Assembly: GCA_963700145.1 (NCBI GenBank)
Contig: OY969474.1
Span: 2,880,001-2,944,000 of the forward strand
Direction of reading: 5' to 3'
DNA: 64,000 bases
Source of the DNA: an uncultured Acidobacteriota bacterium
GTDB taxonomy: Bacteria; Acidobacteriota; Thermoanaerobaculia; Multivoradales; UBA5704
This document shows, in pieces, positions 59,497 through 64,000 of the stretch. Every line of letters begins with the position of its first letter. Position 1 is the stretch's first letter. The notes beneath the pieces are model-generated. The model was not told where the DNA came from. It did no database searches and saw only the letters and a program-made list of their open reading frames with translations. Made by a program: the position numbers and the translations under genes.

Positions 59497-62400
59497 ATGC
59501 CCGACGTCGTCATCGAGAATCCGATCCTCAACTCGCCGTTCGCGGAGCCGACGCGGCATTTCCGCTTCACCGACGATGGGATCACCGACGAGATCGTGGA
59601 GGAGCGCCGCCTCGCCGGATATTTCATCCCGATCCCACAACCGAAGAAGCGCGGCAAGCAGCTCGCCATCGACACCCAGTGGACGCAGGACCGCTTCAAG
59701 GAGGCGGAGTTCATCAATCGGGTGCGGGCGCGGGTCAAGGTCTGGCGGCAGCAGCGGTGGCCCGGGGTCACGAACACAACGGCGCGCCTGCTCGAGCACT
59801 GGTCGAGCACCGGCCGCGAGCGCCGCCTCTTCTTCTGCCAGATCGAAGCGCTGGAGACGGCGATCTATCTCGCCGAAGTCGCCGACAAGCAGGGCGACGC
59901 CTGGATCGCGAACTCCTTGCGCGAAGCAAACGAGCTCGCGAACCCGGGCCTCTACCGGATCGCCATCAAGATGGCGACCGGCAGCGGCAAGACGGTGGTC
60001 ATGGGCATGCTCATCGCCTGGCAGGCTCTCAACAAGCTCCAGAGCCCGCAGGACGCCCGCTTCTCCGACGCCTTCCTGATCGTCACCCCGGGGATCACCA
60101 TCCGCGACCGTCTCCGCGTCCTGCTGCCGAGCGATCCCGAGAACTACTACAAGCAGCTCGACCTCGTCCCACCCGATCTCGCCGAGCGCCTCGGCCAGGC
60201 GAAGATCCTGATCACGAACTTCCACGCCTTCCTTCTCCGCGAGACCGTCGAAGCGTCGAAGACGACCAAGGCGATCCTTGGCCGTGGCAAGCCGGGGAGC
60301 TTCACCGAGACCCCGGCCGAGATGGTGCGCCGCGTCTGCCGCGACCTGGGAAACAAGAAGCACCTCGTCGTGCTCAACGACGAGGCTCACCACTGTTACC
60401 GACGCCGCCCGGAGACCGAGGAGGAGAAGCTGTCCGGCGAAGAGAAGAAGGAGGCCAAGAAGCGCGAGGAGGAGGCCCGTGTCTGGATCTCGGGGCTGGA
60501 GGCGATCCAGCGCAAGCTCGGCCTTCGCGCCATCTACGATCTGTCGGCGACCCCGTTCTTCCTCAAAGGCTCGGGCTACCAGGAGGGAACGATCTTTCCC
60601 TGGGTCGTCTCGGACTTCTCACTCATCGACGCCATCGAAGCCGGCATCGTCAAGGTGCCGCGGGTGCCCGTGGCGGACGACGCGATGATCGGCGATGCGC
60701 CTACCTACCGCGACCTCTGGGCGCGCATCCGGGCGGACCTCCCAAAGAAGGGACGCGGAACTGAAGCGGTCTCCGGACGGCCGGTGATTCCGGCCGAGCT
60801 GGAAGGCGCACTCCAGAGCCTCTACGGCAACTACAGGAAGGACTACCAGCGCTGGGAGGCCGACGCCGACGCGCAGGCGCGTGGCCGCACGCCGCCGGTC
60901 TTCATCGTGGTGTGCAACAACACCAACGTCTCGAAAGTGGTGTTCGACTACATCGCCGGATTCGAGACCATCGGGCCGGACGGGGCGCCGCTCCTCGTGC
61001 CCGGCCAGCTCGACATCTTCAGCAACGTCGACGGCGGGCGCTGGTCGTCGCGGCCGAACACCATCCTCGTCGACAGTGAACAGCTCGAATCGGGCGAGGC
61101 CATGAGCCCGGACTTCAAACAGATCGCCGTGCACGAGATCGCCGAGTGGAAGGCCGCGTACCGCCTCCGCTTCCCAGGCCGCGACCCGGATCAGCTCGGC
61201 GACGAGGACCTCCTGCGCGAGGTGATGAACACGGTCGGCAAGTCCGGCAAGCTCGGCGAGCGGGTGAAGTGCGTCGTCTCGGTCTCGATGCTCACCGAAG
61301 GCTGGGACGCGAACACGGTGACCCACATCCTCGGCGTCCGCGCCTTCGGCACCCAGCTCCTCTGCGAGCAGGTCGTCGGGCGCGGTCTCCGGCGCATGAG
61401 CTACGCCGTCGACGCGGAGGACAAGTTCGCTCCCGAGTACGCCGAGGTCTACGGCGTCCCCTTCTCCTTCATCCCTGCTTCGGGCTCGACGCGGGAGCCG
61501 AAGCTCGGCGCCACTCCGACGCGCGTCCGCGCCCTCGAGGATCGCCGCGACCTCGAGATCACCTTCCCCCGCGTCGAGGGCTACCGCTACGAGGTCGGCG
61601 ACCAGCCCCTCCAGGCCCGATTCAGCGAGGAGTCGCGGATGGCGGTCTCGACGGCCGACCTCCCGTCGAAGACCGAGAACGCGCCGATCGTCGGCGAGAC
61701 CTCCCTCCACACGCTGGACGACATCAAGGCGCGCCGCCCCCAGGAGGCCGAGTTCCTGCTTGCCAAGCTCGTCTGCGAGACACACTTCGGGGGCAAGCCC
61801 TGGCGATTCCCCGAGATCCTGCGGATCACCCGCCGCTGGCTGGGGGAGTGCCTGACGCTCAAGGACAACGTTTTCGTGCAGTACCTCCTCTTCGCGGAGC
61901 TGGCGCATCGCGCGGCCGAGAAGATCTACCGTGCGATCCCTCCGGCGACTGGCGGCGGCGACTCGGTGCTCAAGCCGATTCTGGCTCCCTACGACACCGT
62001 GGGCTCGACCCGTTACGTAGAGTTCGATACCACGAAGGGCGTTTGGCGGACGCGGCCGGACAAGTGCCACGTCTCCCACGTCGTGCTTGACAGCAACTGG
62101 GAGGCGAAGCTAGCGCAGTCGCTCGAGGAGATGGACGAGGTCGTCGCCTACGTGAAGAACGCCCAGCTCGGCTTCACCATCCCCTACACCGTCGACGGCC
62201 AGACGCGGCGCTACATCCCCGACTACATCGTCCGCATCGACGACGGCCGCGGGCCGGACGACCTCCTCAACCTCGTCCTGGAGGTCACGGGCGAGAAGGA
62301 GACCGACAAGGAAGCCAAGGTCGCGACCGCCCGCGACCTCTGGGTCCCCGCGGTGAACAACGAGGGCGCCTTCGGCCGCTGGGCCTTCCTCGAGGTCCGG

Positions 62401-62499
62401 GACCCCTGGAATGCAAAGAAAGAGGTCCGAAATTCCGTCTTCCTCGCTGAGGAGGACGGACCGCGTGAACCGAATGCGTCTTCTGGAGCGGCTGCGTAG
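59497..62499 (+). CDS. Type III restriction endonuclease Res subunit (BPTD_3080-like)
   Basis: VIENPILNSPF, FFCQIEA, MATGSGKT, NDEAHHCY, SAT, MLTEGWD, EQVVGRGLRR; nuclease YIPDYIV...LEVTG. Confidence 0.92.
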   Translation: MPDVVIENPILNSPFAEPTRHFRFTDDGITDEIVEERRLAGYFIPIPQPKKRGKQLAIDTQWTQDRFKEAEFINRVRARVKVWRQQRWPGVTNTTARLLEHWSSTGRERRLFFCQIEALETAIYLAEVADKQGDAWIANSLREANELANPGLYRIAIKMATGSGKTVVMGMLIAWQALNKLQSPQDARFSDAFLIVTPGITIRDRLRVLLPSDPENYYKQLDLVPPDLAERLGQAKILITNFHAFLLRETVEASKTTKAILGRGKPGSFTETPAEMVRRVCRDLGNKKHLVVLNDEAHHCYRRRPETEEEKLSGEEKKEAKKREEEARVWISGLEAIQRKLGLRAIYDLSATPFFLKGSGYQEGTIFPWVVSDFSLIDAIEAGIVKVPRVPVADDAMIGDAPTYRDLWARIRADLPKKGRGTEAVSGRPVIPAELEGALQSLYGNYRKDYQRWEADADAQARGRTPPVFIVVCNNTNVSKVVFDYIAGFETIGPDGAPLLVPGQLDIFSNVDGGRWSSRPNTILVDSEQLESGEAMSPDFKQIAVHEIAEWKAAYRLRFPGRDPDQLGDEDLLREVMNTVGKSGKLGERVKCVVSVSMLTEGWDANTVTHILGVRAFGTQLLCEQVVGRGLRRMSYAVDAEDKFAPEYAEVYGVPFSFIPASGSTREPKLGATPTRVRALEDRRDLEITFPRVEGYRYEVGDQPLQARFSEESRMAVSTADLPSKTENAPIVGETSLHTLDDIKARRPQEAEFLLAKLVCETHFGGKPWRFPEILRITRRWLGECLTLKDNVFVQYLLFAELAHRAAEKIYRAIPPATGGGDSVLKPILAPYDTVGSTRYVEFDTTKGVWRTRPDKCHVSHVVLDSNWEAKLAQSLEEMDEVVAYVKNAQLGFTIPYTVDGQTRRYIPDYIVRIDDGRGPDDLLNLVLEVTGEKETDKEAKVATARDLWVPAVNNEGAFGRWAFLEVRDPWNAKKEVRNSVFLAEEDGPREPNASSGAAA

Positions 62500-62722
62500 A
62501 GGGCATGTTCAGAACGTCCCATTCGACGATTTCTGCGCTCTACTGGAAGCGCTGGGGTTCGAGCTCGTGCGGACGGTCGGCAGTCACCGCCAGTTCGACC
62601 ACCCGGCCTTGCCGGAGACATTCACGGTCCAACCCCATCGCGGGGACGCCAAGGCCTACCAGCTCCGCCAATGCCTGCGGCTGATAGACCGGTACAATCT
62701 CAAGCTGGAGGACACGCCGTGA
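62465..62722 (+). CDS. hicA: HicA-family toxin
   Basis: VPFDDFCALLEALGF...GSHRQFDHP...AKAYQLRQ. Confidence 0.85.
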   Translation: MNRMRLLERLRRGHVQNVPFDDFCALLEALGFELVRTVGSHRQFDHPALPETFTVQPHRGDAKAYQLRQCLRLIDRYNLKLEDTP

Positions 62723-62955
62723 AGGATCACCACATCAACGTCTTCTGGAGCGACGAGGACGATTGCTACGTCGCCGACATCCCTGACTTCGAGTACTGCT
62801 CCGCGTTCGGAGACACTCCAGAAGAGGCGCTGGCCGAGGTGCTCATCGCCAAGAAGGGTTGGATCGAAACCGCGCGGGAGCGCGGCAAGAGGATCCCGGA
62901 GCCGTCCTACCGGCCACCGCTCAAGCGACCTGTCAAGACTCGGGCCGCCGGCTGA
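62719..62955 (+). CDS. hicB: HicB-family antitoxin (short, no obvious DNA-binding domain)
   Basis: INVFWSDEDDCYVADIPD...SAFGDTPEEAL...GKRIPEP; GTGA overlap. Confidence 0.85.
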   Translation: MKDHHINVFWSDEDDCYVADIPDFEYCSAFGDTPEEALAEVLIAKKGWIETARERGKRIPEPSYRPPLKRPVKTRAAG

Positions 62956-62963
62956 CACTGCCG

Positions 62964-64000
62964 ATGCCGCCCCGCAAGCCGAAGGCCCCGACGCCCGTCG
63001 AGGCCCTCAAGCACCAGGACAAGCGCGTCAACATCCCCACCGAAGAGCTCCGGGAGTTCGTGCGCGACGAAGAGGAAGCTCCCAAGACGAAGCTCTACCC
63101 ACGTGACCCTTCACTCGACCCGCAGCTCGTCTGGAGGGGCAAGGACGAGCAGGACCGTGAAGACCTCGCGGTGCCGGTCGTGCCGATCTACATCCAGGAA
63201 AAGATCCACCCGCAGGCGCTGATCGAGAACCTGCGCGAGACCGCCAAGGCCGGCGAGCCGGAACCGGAGCTCCGCCTCTTCGACGACTTCAACGGCCTCA
63301 AGGCCTTCGAGCAGAAGATCGACTTCTACAGCCACGACATGGGCAACCAGCCCAAGTGGTCGAACCGCATGATCCTCGGCGACTCGCTGCTGGTGATGAC
63401 CAGCCTCGCCGAGAAGGAAGGGCTCAAGGGTAAGGTCCAGATGATCTACCTGGACCCGCCCTACGGAATCAGGTTCGGCAGCAACTGGCAGGTTTCGACG
63501 CGGAAGCGGGACGTCAAAGACGGCAAGGTCGAGGATGCGACTAGGCAGCCGGAGCAGGTGAAGGCCTTTAGAGATACATGGGAGATCGGAATTCACAGCT
63601 ACCTGCCGTACTTACGGGATCGGCTAGTCGCGGCGCGGGAGCTGCTTACCGACACGGGCTCGATCTTTGTCCAGATTGGGGATGAAAATGTGCATCTCGT
63701 TCGGTGCTTGCTAGACGAGGTCCTCGGTAGTGCCAACTTTGTATCGCAGATTGCTTTTCAAAAGACTGGCGGTTTCGCGCCTTCCGGTGCCCCCGCCATT
63801 CTAGATTATCTGCTCTGGTACGCGAAGGACCGAAATCAAGTGAAGCTGCGCCCTCTCTTCCAGATGAGTCCAGCCCCCCCGATCGATGAACCGTATTACG
63901 TGCTGCTGGAGTTGGAGTCCGGGGAAATACGAAGAATGAACGCTGAGGAGAGAGCTCGTAGAACATCTCTTCCCAGCCATAGCAAGATTTTTCGCTATGG
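62964..64000 (+). CDS. Type III Mod-like N6-adenine DNA methyltransferase (truncated by window end)
   Basis: Manual translation: MPPRKPK...DPQLVWRGKD...NRMILGDSLLVMTSL...KVQMIYLDPPYGIRFGSNWQ...AFRDTW...GSIFVQIGDEN. Not in the ORF track because it has no stop in the window. Confidence 0.9.
   Translation, partial: MPPRKPKAPTPVEALKHQDKRVNIPTEELREFVRDEEEAPKTKLYPRDPSLDPQLVWRGKDEQDREDLAVPVVPIYIQEKIHPQALIENLRETAKAGEPEPELRLFDDFNGLKAFEQKIDFYSHDMGNQPKWSNRMILGDSLLVMTSLAEKEGLKGKVQMIYLDPPYGIRFGSNWQVSTRKRDVKDGKVEDATRQPEQVKAFRDTWEIGIHSYLPYLRDRLVAARELLTDTGSIFVQIGDENVHLVRCLLDEVLGSANFVSQIAFQKTGGFAPSGAPAILDYLLWYAKDRNQVKLRPLFQMSPAPPIDEPYYVLLELESGEIRRMNAEERARRTSLPSHSKIFRY

Overview
Very GC-rich bacterial chromosomal window; codon style and gene content suggest Acidobacteriota, possibly Thermoanaerobaculia (inference). 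The backbone has four parts: (1) ychF, selA and an NtrC-family activator; (2) a minus-strand type IV pilus locus with two GspG-like pilins each preceded by an M20 peptidase, pilD, a PAS histidine kinase and pilV/W/X/pilY1, carrying three sigma-54 (-24/-12) promoters; (3) a ~32 kb cell-surface glycosylation region (several GT-C/YfhO-like membrane proteins, GT2, GT4, flippase-like proteins, a UbiA-family phosphoribosyltransferase, DegT aminotransferase, arylsulfotransferase, SAM methyltransferases); (4) an acyl-CoA carboxylase pair. Accessory or defence modules are inserted throughout: a frameshifted symE-like gene beside a restriction-endonuclease/PIN-like fusion, a probable orphan integron cassette, a Septu-like pair in which the ATPase carries an extra degenerate HNH domain, a RelE/HigA pair, and a type III-like res-hicAB-mod locus running off the end. 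Non-coding structure includes a 12-unit 21-bp array (GTACAAGCGTAC plus 9 variable nt), a structured ~160-nt leader upstream of a DUF4287-like gene, and REP/MITE-like inverted repeats. All family assignments come from motifs read by eye; no searches were run.
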